The notes under the pieces are model-generated. The model ran no database searches. It was given only the letters and a program-made list of their open reading frames with translations, and had not been told where the DNA came from. The position numbers and the translations under genes are program-made. A stretch of DNA of 44,616 nucleotides from the sequence record MN340231.1, one strand, 5' to 3'. This DNA comes from Escherichia phage phiv205-1. Shown here piece after piece: positions 19,942 to 30,391 of the stretch. Each line of letters starts with the position of its first letter. Position 1 is the first letter of the stretch.

Positions 19942-21195
19942 TTACTGCCCAGCAATAACGATGCCCGTATATTCAGGAACCAGTACAGAGCAACCGTACA
20001 GAGTGGTGAAACGCGCAGTGGTTACGCCTTTGATGTGGTCGAAGGAGTAAGACATGATCAGCGTAGCGCCCTGCTCGGTGGTTGCTGTCATTACCTGTGG
20101 ACCCTGACCAGTTGGGAACGCCAGTTTGCCGTACATCAGTTCAACAGAACCATCAGCCCAGAACAGGTTAGCAGGTGCTGCGTTCTTGTTGAGAATGGTG
20201 ATTGCTGCTGATTCTGCCGGTTTGGCATCGACGTTTGCATATGGACGACTCGCAACATCAGTATTTTCAACAGGGAGAATCTTTGGAGAAATTGTTACGG
20301 TAGTTCCGCTAACAGCCAGAACACGGAATACCTGCGGTTGACCGGTGGTATCTTTTGTGATCTGGTGTACGGAATTCACACCGGCAATGGTGAACGCATC
20401 ACCAACCTGCAAGCCAGATGCAGATACCGTAATAGTCCCCTGTCGGTTATCAACTGGCATACCATTTGAATCTTTCGCTTCAACCTTGTGTTCAGGTTGG
20501 CCTGATACTGTCAAGGATTCAGTGCTTCCTTTCGGTAATCGACCAGAAATATCGGTCTTGTAGCTATCGAAGGACGCAACCGGAGGGATTTGCGCTTTTT
20601 CGTATGCTGTCAGGGTTGCGCCCTGAGCATAGGCACGGTGACCAAGCTCGCCAGCAAGGTCTTTGTAGTTGAAGGGGTTCCAGAAAGAGCGACGGTTGAT
20701 ACCCTGAGGTACACCAATCGCCGTCATGGTGGCATCAATACCTGCCGCACAGTTCCACAAATCACGGCCCTGTGTACCTGCGGTTGAGTCAGCCATCGTG
20801 ATCACGTTAGTAGCACGCTGCGTGACCATGGAAATCAGGTCAGAGTCAATCTGTGCAGCAAGGCGCATACCTGCGGCGCGACCAGCTTCAGTTTTATGTT
20901 CCGGATCACGCATTTCACGCGCATCCAGAGTGTACAGAATGTTTTTCGGCTCCTTGAACACTGAAGGAACAAGGCGCTGAACCAGTGCTGTTGGCGTTTT
21001 GCTGCTGAGGTCGAGGCCTTCCTCAATATTCATGTGGTAATGCTGCGGACGATACAGAACATCACCTGCTCGCTGCATTGCTGTATCACCGGGACGGAAT
21101 TTTTTAGCGTTACGGGAAACTACGCAGGCGGCCTCAAAGCCTTCAACGTAGTTTTCGAACATGATTTCAAGGTCTTTTGCTAATTGGTTAGCCAT
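19942..21195 (-). CDS. Major coat protein, P22 gp5-like (HK97 fold)
   Basis: 417 aa; position after scaffold; recalled similarity to P22/CUS-3 coat. Confidence 0.85.
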   Translation of the reverse strand: MANQLAKDLEIMFENYVEGFEAACVVSRNAKKFRPGDTAMQRAGDVLYRPQHYHMNIEEGLDLSSKTPTALVQRLVPSVFKEPKNILYTLDAREMRDPEHKTEAGRAAGMRLAAQIDSDLISMVTQRATNVITMADSTAGTQGRDLWNCAAGIDATMTAIGVPQGINRRSFWNPFNYKDLAGELGHRAYAQGATLTAYEKAQIPPVASFDSYKTDISGRLPKGSTESLTVSGQPEHKVEAKDSNGMPVDNRQGTITVSASGLQVGDAFTIAGVNSVHQITKDTTGQPQVFRVLAVSGTTVTISPKILPVENTDVASRPYANVDAKPAESAAITILNKNAAPANLFWADGSVELMYGKLAFPTGQGPQVMTATTEQGATLIMSYSFDHIKGVTTARFTTLYGCSVLVPEYTGIVIAGQ

Positions 21196-21213
21196 GCTTA
21201 ATGCTCCAATAGG

Positions 21214-22107
21214 TTATTTTTTTGCCTTTTTAGCGGCGAAATACGGCGTCCAGTCACCAGTTTCCAGCGCCTTGGCTTTCAATTTGTCGAGGTTGTTGAT
21301 TACTGCGCCGTTGCTCCCCTTAACCGTCGGGGTTGTGGCTGCCGTGGTTTTTGCTTTTGGCATGATTCTGGCCTTCGATTCGATACGTTCCAGCAGACGA
21401 CCAATTGCTACGGGGTTGGTAGCTTCTGCCAGTTGCTTGCGCAGTTCAGCGTTGCGACCAAGCGCCAGAACAACGATTTCCGGCTTCTCTGACTCAAACA
21501 GGATCGCGTTTTGTGTCTCGATGGGGATTTCCTCGAGTACGGCCTGCTCAGCTTCCTGATAGCCAGGAACTTTGAGAGCCTTAACACGTTGCTGATATTT
21601 GGATAATCGCTCTTGATAGGCAGCCTGAAGCTCCTGCTCCTTCTGCTTGCGAGCCATCTCCTGTTGCTGGTACTTGCCATTATCCTCTGCCCACTTAGCC
21701 ATGCGTTGCTGGTAGATTTCTTCATCGAAACCGATGTCCTCATCATCCAGTTTTGGCATTCGCGGTGGTTGAGTGATTACCGGCTGCTGCTCGACGGGTT
21801 TCTGAGACTGACGCATCAGCTCTTTCAGCTCGCGGTCTTTCTCTTTAATCGTCTTGCGCAGGTGTTTTACCAGTCCATGCTCAGCGCCATCTTCGCTGGT
21901 TGGCGAATCCAGCTTTTCGTCACCAAAGTAGAATTCCTGTTCTGATTCGTCGTCATCAGTTTCAGTAGCCTCCTCTGCATCATTGCCTGAGGACTCACTG
22001 CCATCTTCTGTTTCGACTTTTTCAGCCAGTTCGACATCATCAGGAATCTGCTCTGACGCGTCGGTTTCGATTTCAACTTCTGGTGTGTTTTCTGCCATCT
22101 GGTCCAT
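21214..22107 (-). CDS. Scaffolding protein, P22 gp8-like
   Basis: 297 aa, acidic N-terminus, coiled-coil, basic C-terminal tail; between portal and coat. Confidence 0.75.
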   Translation of the reverse strand: MDQMAENTPEVEIETDASEQIPDDVELAEKVETEDGSESSGNDAEEATETDDDESEQEFYFGDEKLDSPTSEDGAEHGLVKHLRKTIKEKDRELKELMRQSQKPVEQQPVITQPPRMPKLDDEDIGFDEEIYQQRMAKWAEDNGKYQQQEMARKQKEQELQAAYQERLSKYQQRVKALKVPGYQEAEQAVLEEIPIETQNAILFESEKPEIVVLALGRNAELRKQLAEATNPVAIGRLLERIESKARIMPKAKTTAATTPTVKGSNGAVINNLDKLKAKALETGDWTPYFAAKKAKK

Positions 22108-22197
22108 TTGTTACCCCTGTTTACTCGATGTTCAGCCCATCGGAAGGCAATAGGGTGCCAGGCCTCATAAAGACAGCCATTGCACGTTATGGGTTAA

Positions 22198-24396
22198 TTA
22201 CTGCTGTGGTTGTTGCTGAGTTGATTTTTGCAGGATGCTGCTGATGTCCATGCGCTGCGCATGGCCCTGTGCCTGACTTTTCAGGACAAGCTCTGCATCA
22301 GCACGGGCATTGTCTCCTTGCTGTTGCTGGAACTGTCCGAGCAGTTTCAGAGCCTCGCGGATATCAGATTTCTGCTGGCTATCGGCAGATGCGAGGATTT
22401 TCACAACATTTGCCGCTGCAACCTGAGCATCAGTCTGTGCCTGGAATGCTTTAACCTGAATGGCTGCCTGCTCGTTCTGCGCTTTCTGCAATTCAGCCTG
22501 ACCAGCAAGAAGCTGACCTTGCGCAGCAACCATAGCCGGATCTGGCTGACTGGCCTGTTGTTGTTTCGCCTGCTCAACCATCTGCTGTTCTTCTGGCGTT
22601 CTCGGCTTGATAACTCCAGACAGAAGCAACTGATTGCGGTTGTATTCTTTAAGGTCGTCCATCCCTTCGCCGTCCATATTGTCGAGGATCATCGACGATA
22701 CAAGGTCGTGTTTCGGCGTTCCGGGCGGGATAAGTGCCAGCATGGAAAGTAACGACTTAACCGTTGCGTCACGGCGAGTAGCGAACGACTGACCGACATC
22801 GACAGTCACTTCATAGTTACCCTGCGAAAGGTCGTTAAGCGCGATAACCTGCCCTGTCTGACGGTCAACCACTTCACCAGTCATCAGCGCCACGTCATCG
22901 CTGCCATCCTCATTAACGATGCGCATTGGCGTATCGCTGCCATAGACTTCACGAGCCATAGAAAGCCACACGACGCCAGCACGGCGCATGGATTTAGCCA
23001 TGTTGTCCATGTAGATATAGGACTGCGTGTCCATCCGGTTAAAGATGCTATCAACGGTATCGGTAGCGACGTTGCTCGGCATGTTCTCAAGCTGCGACGC
23101 ACCTGTAATTTGCTGAATAGCCGTTCCGGTGTACTGCAATAGCCCGGCAAGAGCTGGCGGCATTTGTGTCGGAGGTGTCCAGCCAGCAACCTGAGCTTCT
23201 GAAATGACTGTTCCGTTTTTGTCCTTCTTGCTGGTCATAGGAAGAACTGCAGGTCTTTTCTTATTCCTCTCTGCCCAGTGATTCATTAATGGGCCGGGAA
23301 TGAAATCAACATCCACGATAGGAATGCCATCACCGCCAGCCTGAGTGGCGTTATCTGCAATCATGGAAACCATCAGGTTCTCAAGACGCTGTGCATCCAT
23401 CGCTTTTGCTGCGTGGCCTTCGATTCGCTCCTGATTATCAACAAATGAGCGACGCCCATATACCGGGATGAGTGGAATATGTTCGCCCGGAATACGCTTC
23501 GGTTCTTCCAGCCATTCAGCGCCAGACAGAAGGCCGCAATAAACGCGGCGTTTCTTCACCGTTCGCTCACCAATCAGTTCGAATGCGCCATCGGTTAGCT
23601 CGTCGACAATATCTTTGATTTGATCTTCATCATAGATTGCCGTTTCTCCGCTAACAGGGTTGCGCCACGCCGTGAGCTTCACCTTCTCTATGCGGACTTC
23701 GTAGTAACGTCCAACATAGATGGCATCTGGCGTTGACCAGTCATATTGAGTGCCAGTGTCATCACGAGAAAGGCTTGCCGCGATGGAATCAGGGTATTCA
23801 GCCTCGAACGCTTTAGGCGTCATGGAGAACATTTCCATAGCCCACATAGCATCAGAGCGGTCATATTGCTTGCTGTCCTGATCAAAGAAGACGCATGTCG
23901 CTGGGTCGTAAACAGGAAGAAGGCTGATGCGGCGCTGCTCGTTACTCGGATCCATTTCATCTTCGTAATCGGCACACATGCGGAAACAACCGAATCCACC
24001 CGTTACGGCATCATCAAATGCGTTATCACACGCTTCGCCACCGGATGTTTCCTGATAGTCAGCGCGGAATTTGCCGTTCATTTTTTCGGCTAAAGCTTCC
24101 GATGCCTTGTCATCCTTCGGCCTGAATTTAACGCTGATGCGATTCTGTCGATACTCGCCAATGATGCGATCACATTCACGGGAAATCTTATTCAGTTCAA
24201 AACGCGGATAATGCTCAAACCTGCCTTCATCAAATGAGTAACCAGCGTTTGTGCTGCCTTCCCACTGTGCGCCGGACACCCGGACGAAACGCTGAGCCTC
24301 AATAATCTGCTCACGCATATCCTGCGTTGCTGACCAGGCATTATCAAAGTTGCACAGCACCTTGCGATGCCAGTCAGTCATCTTTTTTTCTGCCAT
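22198..24396 (-). CDS. Portal protein, P22 gp1-like
   Basis: 732 aa; glutamine-rich C-terminal barrel region ...PEEQQ...QAKQ...PAMV.AQG.LL.GQAEL.KAQN as in P22 portal. Confidence 0.9.
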   Translation of the reverse strand: MAEKKMTDWHRKVLCNFDNAWSATQDMREQIIEAQRFVRVSGAQWEGSTNAGYSFDEGRFEHYPRFELNKISRECDRIIGEYRQNRISVKFRPKDDKASEALAEKMNGKFRADYQETSGGEACDNAFDDAVTGGFGCFRMCADYEDEMDPSNEQRRISLLPVYDPATCVFFDQDSKQYDRSDAMWAMEMFSMTPKAFEAEYPDSIAASLSRDDTGTQYDWSTPDAIYVGRYYEVRIEKVKLTAWRNPVSGETAIYDEDQIKDIVDELTDGAFELIGERTVKKRRVYCGLLSGAEWLEEPKRIPGEHIPLIPVYGRRSFVDNQERIEGHAAKAMDAQRLENLMVSMIADNATQAGGDGIPIVDVDFIPGPLMNHWAERNKKRPAVLPMTSKKDKNGTVISEAQVAGWTPPTQMPPALAGLLQYTGTAIQQITGASQLENMPSNVATDTVDSIFNRMDTQSYIYMDNMAKSMRRAGVVWLSMAREVYGSDTPMRIVNEDGSDDVALMTGEVVDRQTGQVIALNDLSQGNYEVTVDVGQSFATRRDATVKSLLSMLALIPPGTPKHDLVSSMILDNMDGEGMDDLKEYNRNQLLLSGVIKPRTPEEQQMVEQAKQQQASQPDPAMVAAQGQLLAGQAELQKAQNEQAAIQVKAFQAQTDAQVAAANVVKILASADSQQKSDIREALKLLGQFQQQQGDNARADAELVLKSQAQGHAQRMDISSILQKSTQQQPQQ

Positions 24397-24397
24397 A

Positions 24398-25813
24398 TCA
24401 ACCTACACCACAAGGAATTGAGTAACTGGAATAGTCGGGTTGCGCAGCCGACTCCGGGCAATGCATACACATCATCAGCGCATCAGCCAGGTTAGGAGAT
24501 GGAATACCGAGCTTCTGCTTCATTTCGACCTTAGTCATTAGCTCCAGCTTCCCGTTGTTATTGAATTTGCGCTGAATCTGCGTCAATTCTGCAAACAGCT
24601 TCTCCAGCATCTTCTCGCCTATCGCTTCTTTGTCGAAGCTCAGCATGTCGTCGGGGTCTGCATACTCACCGTAGACAACCGCCCGATATGTCAGATACAG
24701 CCTGTCAGCCAGCGCGTAATAGAATTGTGCTCGCTTATTGCGGAACACATCGCCAATAGTGCGAACGTTGTCACCCTGTACGACTTCATCAGCCCATGCT
24801 CCGGCTTGATACGGTGCATCTTCATCGAATGGCGATTCGCTGCCCTTGAACATCGTGGCGGTGATTTTCTTGCCGGAAAACGCTTCCGTTGTCTGTCTGC
24901 GTAGCCCGGCACCAACACCATCACCATCCCACAGGTAATGGTCAGCGCCGTCTTCAATCGCCAGCGAAGTAGCCCAGTCAGCACCCTCGTTGATGTCCAT
25001 CAGCAGACCTTCGGCAATGCGCTTAACTACCGAACCGTGACGCGATGCATAACCTTTAGCATCTGGCCCTGTATCTGATGGGTCATGCGCAGAGACAACA
25101 GCGCCTTTCGCTTTCCATCCGAGTTTCTTGTGCGCATCGGTTGCGGCTTCAAGCCATTCACGTTTGATAATTGCCATATCACTTGCGCTCACTGGCTCAC
25201 CAAGCCAGATGTGACGATACAGTGTCGGATTTCTGCGTTTACACTCTTCCATCTCCAGACGGAGAACTTCAGGAAAGTGCGGGTTGTCGGTGTAGTTCAC
25301 CGTCAACAGGCAAATATCATCAGGAGGATTTACGACGAATCGCTGATAGGTATCGTCGAGTATGTTCTTCGGGTTAAAGCTCACCCATATTTCAGAGAAC
25401 GGCTTACGGATGGTTGGTATCAGGATATCCCATGATTCCTTCGTTACCGCTTCCGCTTCTTCCACCCAGCAGATATCAATACCTTCGAGCGATTTAATCT
25501 TCGTCGGGTTGTTTTTGATGCCGTAGAACATGAATTCAGCATTCGTTCCGAGATGACGAATCATTGAACGCTGAATTTCAAACTCAGCCGAATATCCTTC
25601 ACGCTCGATGGTGTCTTCAAGCAGCCGGATTACCGAATCGCTGATACTGTTTTGCAGTTCACGAGCGCAAAGAATACGCACTGGCTGACGACGCGCCGCT
25701 TCAACAAGCAGCCTCGCAATTGCCCATGATTTACCGCTACCTCGACCGCCTTTGGCGACTTTGTAGCGATGCGCCTCAATGAACGGTTCAAAGATAGGAT
25801 TAATCGAGGTCAT
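24398..25813 (-). CDS. Terminase large subunit
   Basis: 471 aa; Walker A-like GGRGSGKS; position. Confidence 0.9.
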   Translation of the reverse strand: MTSINPIFEPFIEAHRYKVAKGGRGSGKSWAIARLLVEAARRQPVRILCARELQNSISDSVIRLLEDTIEREGYSAEFEIQRSMIRHLGTNAEFMFYGIKNNPTKIKSLEGIDICWVEEAEAVTKESWDILIPTIRKPFSEIWVSFNPKNILDDTYQRFVVNPPDDICLLTVNYTDNPHFPEVLRLEMEECKRRNPTLYRHIWLGEPVSASDMAIIKREWLEAATDAHKKLGWKAKGAVVSAHDPSDTGPDAKGYASRHGSVVKRIAEGLLMDINEGADWATSLAIEDGADHYLWDGDGVGAGLRRQTTEAFSGKKITATMFKGSESPFDEDAPYQAGAWADEVVQGDNVRTIGDVFRNKRAQFYYALADRLYLTYRAVVYGEYADPDDMLSFDKEAIGEKMLEKLFAELTQIQRKFNNNGKLELMTKVEMKQKLGIPSPNLADALMMCMHCPESAAQPDYSSYSIPCGVG

Positions 25814-26250
25814 TTTCCGAACAGAGTGCTCATCGGTGATGTTTCAATCTGAATTGCGCCGCCGTCTTTGCCTGTTAGCTCGTGATCAACCTTGTCGCGC
25901 CATTTATCCTTCTGTCGGTTCTTAAGCCAGAAGATGGCGGCAGTTGTATCAGGCGGGTAATACTTCTCAAGCGGAGTTTCGACAATTCTGTTTTCAATAA
26001 CACGAATATCGATGTCTGGAGCCACGAAGCCCATAGCGCGTTGATAAAGACGGTCACTAACTTCTGCATCAGCGACGGCCTTACCCTTTTTTATGGACTC
26101 CGAAAACTCAGGATAATCAAGCTTCCACTTGTTAATAGTTGACTCACTGACTTCGAAGAAATCAGCAAGCTCTGCATCGGTGTAGCCCAGCAAGCACAGT
26201 TTGCGTGCCTGTTCGGCATACGCCTCTTGATACTTTGTTGGGCGCGCCAT
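25810..26250 (-). CDS. Terminase small subunit
   Basis: 146 aa; overlaps large subunit start; HTH-like N-terminus. Confidence 0.8.
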   Translation of the reverse strand: MARPTKYQEAYAEQARKLCLLGYTDAELADFFEVSESTINKWKLDYPEFSESIKKGKAVADAEVSDRLYQRAMGFVAPDIDIRVIENRIVETPLEKYYPPDTTAAIFWLKNRQKDKWRDKVDHELTGKDGGAIQIETSPMSTLFGK

Positions 26251-26252
26251 GT

Positions 26253-26495
26253 TTATGCTCCGGTGGTGAACAGGTATAACGCTTCCTTCGATTTACGCAC
26301 CGCTTCGATAGTGCGGGTAGTGATATCTGAATTAGCGCCGCCTGACTGGAAGTGAATTTTGAATAGCTCAAGCTTCAACTCGTCAGTGCCGATGAATTGA
26401 AATGCTTCTTCTGCGGCTGCGTTCTGGTTCATGACCAGCTTGTAAATCTCTAACTGGAATTTCTGTTCTTCAGTCATGGGAATAATCTCTGCCAT
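26253..26495 (-). CDS. Hypothetical phage protein
   Basis: 80-aa ORF immediately upstream of terminase small subunit. Confidence 0.45.
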   Translation of the reverse strand: MAEIIPMTEEQKFQLEIYKLVMNQNAAAEEAFQFIGTDELKLELFKIHFQSGGANSDITTRTIEAVRKSKEALYLFTTGA

Positions 26496-26795
26496 TGTTG
26501 GCTCCGTTTATCCGTTAAAAGGGATATCAGTTAAGTTATCCCGTGTAGGGTATAAGCCATTGTCGAGACCACTCATTGAATGGTCTCTGCAATAACCGAT
26601 GTCTTTCCATCAGTCCGCCACCACAAAGAATCTTTTTTGCCATAAGGCAGGAGGTTCATCTTTCAGTGGCTGCCAGTGTTATTTCCCCACTTACTGGCTT
26701 GGGTTGTTTCGCTGTACTGCCGTTAATTAGTGACCAGAAATTAACTCCGGTTTCATTATCAAGCCCACCCGTAGATAGGCTTTGTAATGACATCT

Positions 26796-27320
26796 TCAAT
26801 TAATCAGCAGTTCAGGCTGTGTCACCTGCAAGATGTATTCATGCTCGACAGCCAGGACACGCTTCTCTTTCTTCCGTTCGTTCATTAACCGACTGCCGAT
26901 CGTACCTTTCAGCTTTGAGCGTGTTTCTTTGATGGCGTAGCGGTGCTGCATTTCTTCGCCAATTGCCATGCGGCGGCTCAGTTGCTCTGCCATCCAGTTG
27001 AATGCTGCGATATAGCTCTCCTTGATTGCCGCAGCAGCTTTCCCGGTGAACCCCATCACAACCATGATCCAGCCATCTTTCGTCAGGCTGTACATCGGGC
27101 GAACCTTGCCCTGCTCATCGATATAATCAGCCGACGCAAAATTGCGTTGGCTAAACTCACGCGAGCAATCAGCCTTAACCTGCTCGATTTTCCTGAGAAC
27201 ATCACCGTGTCGCTTGCCGAAGTACTTGGCAATTTTTCTGGATGTGGTAACGACCTCTCCGTTTTTGGCTTGCACCATTTCTCGGAAGTCGAAGGCTGGA
27301 ATAACTGAATGATTATTCAT
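26796..27320 (-). CDS. rha: Rha-family phage regulatory protein
   Basis: Conserved Rha-like N-terminus MNNHSVIPAFDF...SRKIAKYFGKRHGDVLRKIE; start taken at internal ATG 27320. Confidence 0.7.
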   Translation of the reverse strand: MNNHSVIPAFDFREMVQAKNGEVVTTSRKIAKYFGKRHGDVLRKIEQVKADCSREFSQRNFASADYIDEQGKVRPMYSLTKDGWIMVVMGFTGKAAAAIKESYIAAFNWMAEQLSRRMAIGEEMQHRYAIKETRSKLKGTIGSRLMNERKKEKRVLAVEHEYILQVTQPELLIN

Positions 27321-27662
27321 AGCGTCTTTACCTTTTAGAAAGTGAGCCTGTCTCACAGAAAAGCCGCCCGAGAGAGGTCGCCACCTATAACGGCATTTCT
27401 CAGGCTCGCTTACTGAAAGGCTCTCGTTAATATGCGCGTGAGATGCGCTGTGAAATTCAGATATAAAAAGCCCCGCGAATGCGAGGCTAAATCCTGGTAT
27501 TTGTAATGAACTGGCTCTTATCTCAACGCAGCCCCTTACTGCGCGCAAGATGCTCAATATCAAGCATCAGCAATGAGATGTTTAATCTGGATTCACTCCA
27601 GAAGTGATCATCACCCTGTCTACAGAGCCAGATGTGAAGGATGATGAGTAAAATTATCGCTA

Positions 27663-28130
27663 TCATCGAAGGCATTGCGTCCTGATGTATTCCTGAAGCG
27701 TTCTCAGTGCTGTTTGGTCGCGGATAATTCCGTCCCGGACACCGAGAACGTTTCGTCCAGCAACTGGAGAGAGTTCGACGGTGGCATCATTGCCCATGCC
27801 GGAGGCGCCGGAGGTTTCGGCTGAGGATGGCACAGGGCATTTTCCTTTGACGAGCACCCTGCCACCATTATCAAGCTTGCGCCGAAGAGCATCATTTTCA
27901 GCTTTCGCATCAGCTAACTCCTTCGTGTATTTAGCATCGAGTGCATCAGCAGCACGCTGGCGTCGCTGCATGTCAGTAATGGTGGCGGCCGCCTGCTTCA
28001 GCTCACTGACTTTTTTATCACGCTGTTCTTTGTAGGCGATGGCGTTATCACGGTAATGATTAACAGCCCATGACAGGCAGACGATGATGCAGATAACCAG
28101 AGCAGAGATAATCGCGGTGACTCTGCTCAT
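27663..28130 (-). CDS. Rz: Spanin inner-membrane subunit Rz
   Basis: 155 aa, close to lambda Rz by recall. Confidence 0.85.
   Translation of the reverse strand: MSRVTAIISALVICIIVCLSWAVNHYRDNAIAYKEQRDKKVSELKQAAATITDMQRRQRAADALDAKYTKELADAKAENDALRRKLDNGGRVLVKGKCPVPSSAETSGASGMGNDATVELSPVAGRNVLGVRDGIIRDQTALRTLQEYIRTQCLR
27704..27910 (-). CDS. Rz1: Spanin outer-membrane lipoprotein Rz1, embedded in Rz in another frame
   Basis: Lipobox-like [15 protein letters not shown], proline-rich; embedded +1 frame as in lambda. Confidence 0.7.
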   Translation of the reverse strand: MRKLKMMLFGASLIMVAGCSSKENALCHPQPKPPAPPAWAMMPPSNSLQLLDETFSVSGTELSATKQH

Positions 28131-28603
28131 ACCTCAATCTCTCTGACCGTTCCGCCAGCCTCTTTGAATTTTGCAATCAGGCTGTCAGCCTTATGCTCGA
28201 ACTGACCATAACCAGCCCCCGGCAGTGAAGCCCAGATGTTGCTGCAACGGTCGATAGCCTGACGGATATCACCGCGATCAATCATCGGCAAAGCGCCACG
28301 TTCCTTAATCTGCTGCAGCGCAACAGCGTCCTGGCTTTTGGGAGAGAAGTCTTTCAGGCCAAGCTGCTTACGATAGGCATCCCACCAACGGGAAAGAAGC
28401 TGGTAACGTCCGGCTGCTGTTGATTTGAGTTTGGGGTTTAGCGTGACAAGTTTGCGAGGGTGATCGGAGTAATCAGTGAATAGCTCTCCGCCTACAATGA
28501 CGTCATAACCGTGATTTCTGGTTTTCTGCCGTCCGTTATCTGTTCCTTCTGACCACGCCAGCATATCGAGGAACGCCTTACGTTGATTATTGATTTCCAC
28601 CAT
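28127..28603 (-). CDS. R: Endolysin (lytic transglycosylase), lambda R
   Basis: 158 aa, essentially identical to lambda R by recall. Confidence 0.95.
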   Translation of the reverse strand: MVEINNQRKAFLDMLAWSEGTDNGRQKTRNHGYDVIVGGELFTDYSDHPRKLVTLNPKLKSTAAGRYQLLSRWWDAYRKQLGLKDFSPKSQDAVALQQIKERGALPMIDRGDIRQAIDRCSNIWASLPGAGYGQFEHKADSLIAKFKEAGGTVREIEV

Positions 28604-28910
28604 CTTCTACTCCGGCTTTTTTAGCAGCGAAGCGTTTGATAAGCGAACCAATCGAGTCAGTACCGATGTAGCCGATGAACACGCTCGTTATATAAGCGAG
28701 ATTGCTACTTAGTCCGGCGAAGTCGAGAAGGTCACGAATGAACCAGGCGATAATGGCGCACATCGTTGCGTCGATTACTGTTTTTGTAAACGCACCGCCA
28801 TTATATCTGCCGCGAAGGTACACCATTGCAAACGCAAGGATTGCCCCGATGCCTTGTTCCTTTGCCGCGAGAATGGCGGCTAACAGGTCATGTTTTTCTG
28901 GCATCTTCAT
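28587..28910 (-). CDS. S: Holin, lambda S
   Basis: 107 aa, near-identical to lambda S including the dual-start [10 protein letters not shown]. Confidence 0.95.
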   Translation of the reverse strand: MKMPEKHDLLAAILAAKEQGIGAILAFAMVYLRGRYNGGAFTKTVIDATMCAIIAWFIRDLLDFAGLSSNLAYITSVFIGYIGTDSIGSLIKRFAAKKAGVEDGGNQ

Positions 28911-29152
28911 GTCTTACCCCCAATAAGGGGATTTGCTCTATTTAATTAGGAATAAGGTCTATTACTGATAGAACAAATCCAGGCTACTGTGTTTAGTAAT
29001 CAGATTTGTTCGTGACCGATATGCACGGGCAAAACGGCAGGAGGTTGTTAGCGCAGCCTCTTGCCACCCGCTTTCACGAAGGTCATGTGTAGAAGGCCGC
29101 AGCGTAACTATCACTGATGAGTTCAGGATAGCCAGTGGCTACGGCTCAGTTA

Positions 29153-29228
29153 TGGTGCTGGTTAACGGACTTGAACCGCTACCCATTCGCTTACAAGGCG
29201 ACCGCTCTACCATTGGAGCTAAACCAGC
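29153..29228 (-). tRNA. tRNA-like gene, probable tRNA-Thr (anticodon UGU)
   Basis: Hand-folded 76 nt: acceptor GCTGGTT/AACCAGC, D-arm GCTC-CAATGGTA-GAGC, anticodon loop CT-TGT-AA, T-arm AGCGG-TTCAAGT-CCGTT, A-CCA encoded; one G.A mismatch in anticodon stem. Confidence 0.55.
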
Positions 29229-29233
29229 ATATT

Positions 29234-29308
29234 TGGCGGGACAGCGTGGACTCGAACCACGATAAGAAGGTTAACAGCCTTCCGTAATGACCTTTATACG
29301 ACTGACCC
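29234..29308 (-). tRNA. tRNA-like gene, probable tRNA-Asn (anticodon GUU), slightly imperfect
   Basis: Hand-folded 75 nt: anticodon arm GAAGG-CTGTTAA-CCTTC, T-arm CGTGG-TTCGAGT-CCACG, CCA encoded; acceptor stem has one U.U mismatch, D-stem 3 bp. Confidence 0.5.
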
Positions 29309-29310
29309 AA

Positions 29311-29370
29311 ATAAAAAATCCCGAAACCGTTGTGCAGGCTCTAACTATTACCTGCGAACTGTTTCGGGAT
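29311..29370 (-). terminator. tR'-like terminator (end of the short late 6S-like transcript)
   Basis: Minus-strand cccgaaac...gtttcggg hairpin followed by T-run; matches recalled lambda tR'. Confidence 0.7.
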
Positions 29371-29511
29371 TGCATTTTGCAGACCTCTCAGCCTGCGATG
29401 GTTGGAGTTCCAGACGATACGTCGAAGTGACCAACTAGGCGGAATCGGTAGTAAGCGCCGCCTCTTTTCATCTCACTACCACAACGAGCGAATTAACCCA
29501 TCGTTGGGTCA

Positions 29512-29540
29512 AATTTACCCAACTTTATTCAAAAAGTCAA
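29512..29540 (-). promoter_or_regulatory. Late promoter pR' (with Q-utilisation region downstream)
   Basis: Minus strand TTGACT-17 bp-TAAATT, matching recalled lambda pR'. Confidence 0.75.
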
Positions 29541-29582
29541 TATTATGCCGTTAATATGTTGCCATCCGTGGCAATCATGCTG

Positions 29583-30206
29583 TTAACGTGTGACCGCATT
29601 CAAAATGTTGTCTGCGATTGACTCTTCTTTGTGGCATTGCACCACCAGAGCGTCATACAGCGGCTTAACAGTGCGTGACCAGGTGGGTTGAGTAAGGTTT
29701 GGGATTAGCATCGTTACAGCGCGATATGCGGCGCTTGCTGGCATTCTTGAATAGCCGACACCTTTGCATCTTCCGCACTCTTTCTCAACAACTCTCCCCC
29801 ACTGCTCTGTTTTGGCTATATCAACCGCACGGCCTGTACCGTGGCAATCTCTGCATCTTGCGCCCGGCGTCGCGGCACTACGGCAATAATCCGCATAAGC
29901 GAATGTTGCGAGCACTTGCAGTACCTTTGCCTTAGTATTTCCTTCAAGCTTTGCAACGCCACGGTATTTCCCCGATACCTTGTGTGCAAATTGCATCAGA
30001 TAGTTGATAGCCTTTTGTTTGTCGTTCTGGCTGAGTTCGTGCTTACCACAGAATGCAGCCATTCCGAATCCGGCTTGTGATTGCGCCATCCCCATAGCAG
30101 CCATCACATCAGTACCGGAAAGAGAGTCAGAAGCCGTAGCCCGTGGTGAGTCGCTCATCATCGGGCTTTTTGGCGAATGAAATTTAGCTGCGCTTTCGAG
30201 TCTCAT
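29583..30206 (-). CDS. Q: Late gene antiterminator Q (lambda type)
   Basis: 207 aa, near-identical to lambda Q by recall. Confidence 0.95.
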   Translation of the reverse strand: MRLESAAKFHSPKSPMMSDSPRATASDSLSGTDVMAAMGMAQSQAGFGMAAFCGKHELSQNDKQKAINYLMQFAHKVSGKYRGVAKLEGNTKAKVLQVLATFAYADYCRSAATPGARCRDCHGTGRAVDIAKTEQWGRVVEKECGRCKGVGYSRMPASAAYRAVTMLIPNLTQPTWSRTVKPLYDALVVQCHKEESIADNILNAVTR

Positions 30207-30391
30207 GGCCTTCCCCTTTTGCCCTGTTTGACCATCAGGACGCCGTTAACTATTACGTGACGCTCGCCTTTGCTGTCTCGGTTGTACTTGAGCACTGTTC
30301 CTCTTGCGCAGGAAAGCATCCTTGCCACTTCGGTCTGATTGCCTCGTGTCTGGATAAGAAGCTCTGGTATCGTTTGAATTGTGGCGTTCAT
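30203..30391 (-). CDS. ninH: NinH-like protein
   Basis: 62 aa; TIPE.L....GNQTEVAR.L.C.RGTV.KY motif as lambda NinH. Confidence 0.7.
   Translation of the reverse strand: MNATIQTIPELLIQTRGNQTEVARMLSCARGTVLKYNRDSKGERHVIVNGVLMVKQGKRGRP

Noticed and set aside
29114..29121. CUGAUGAG motif reminiscent of the hammerhead ribozyme core
   Set aside because: No matching GAAA box or helices in the right arrangement; the segment matches the ordinary lambda late-leader sequence as I recall it.
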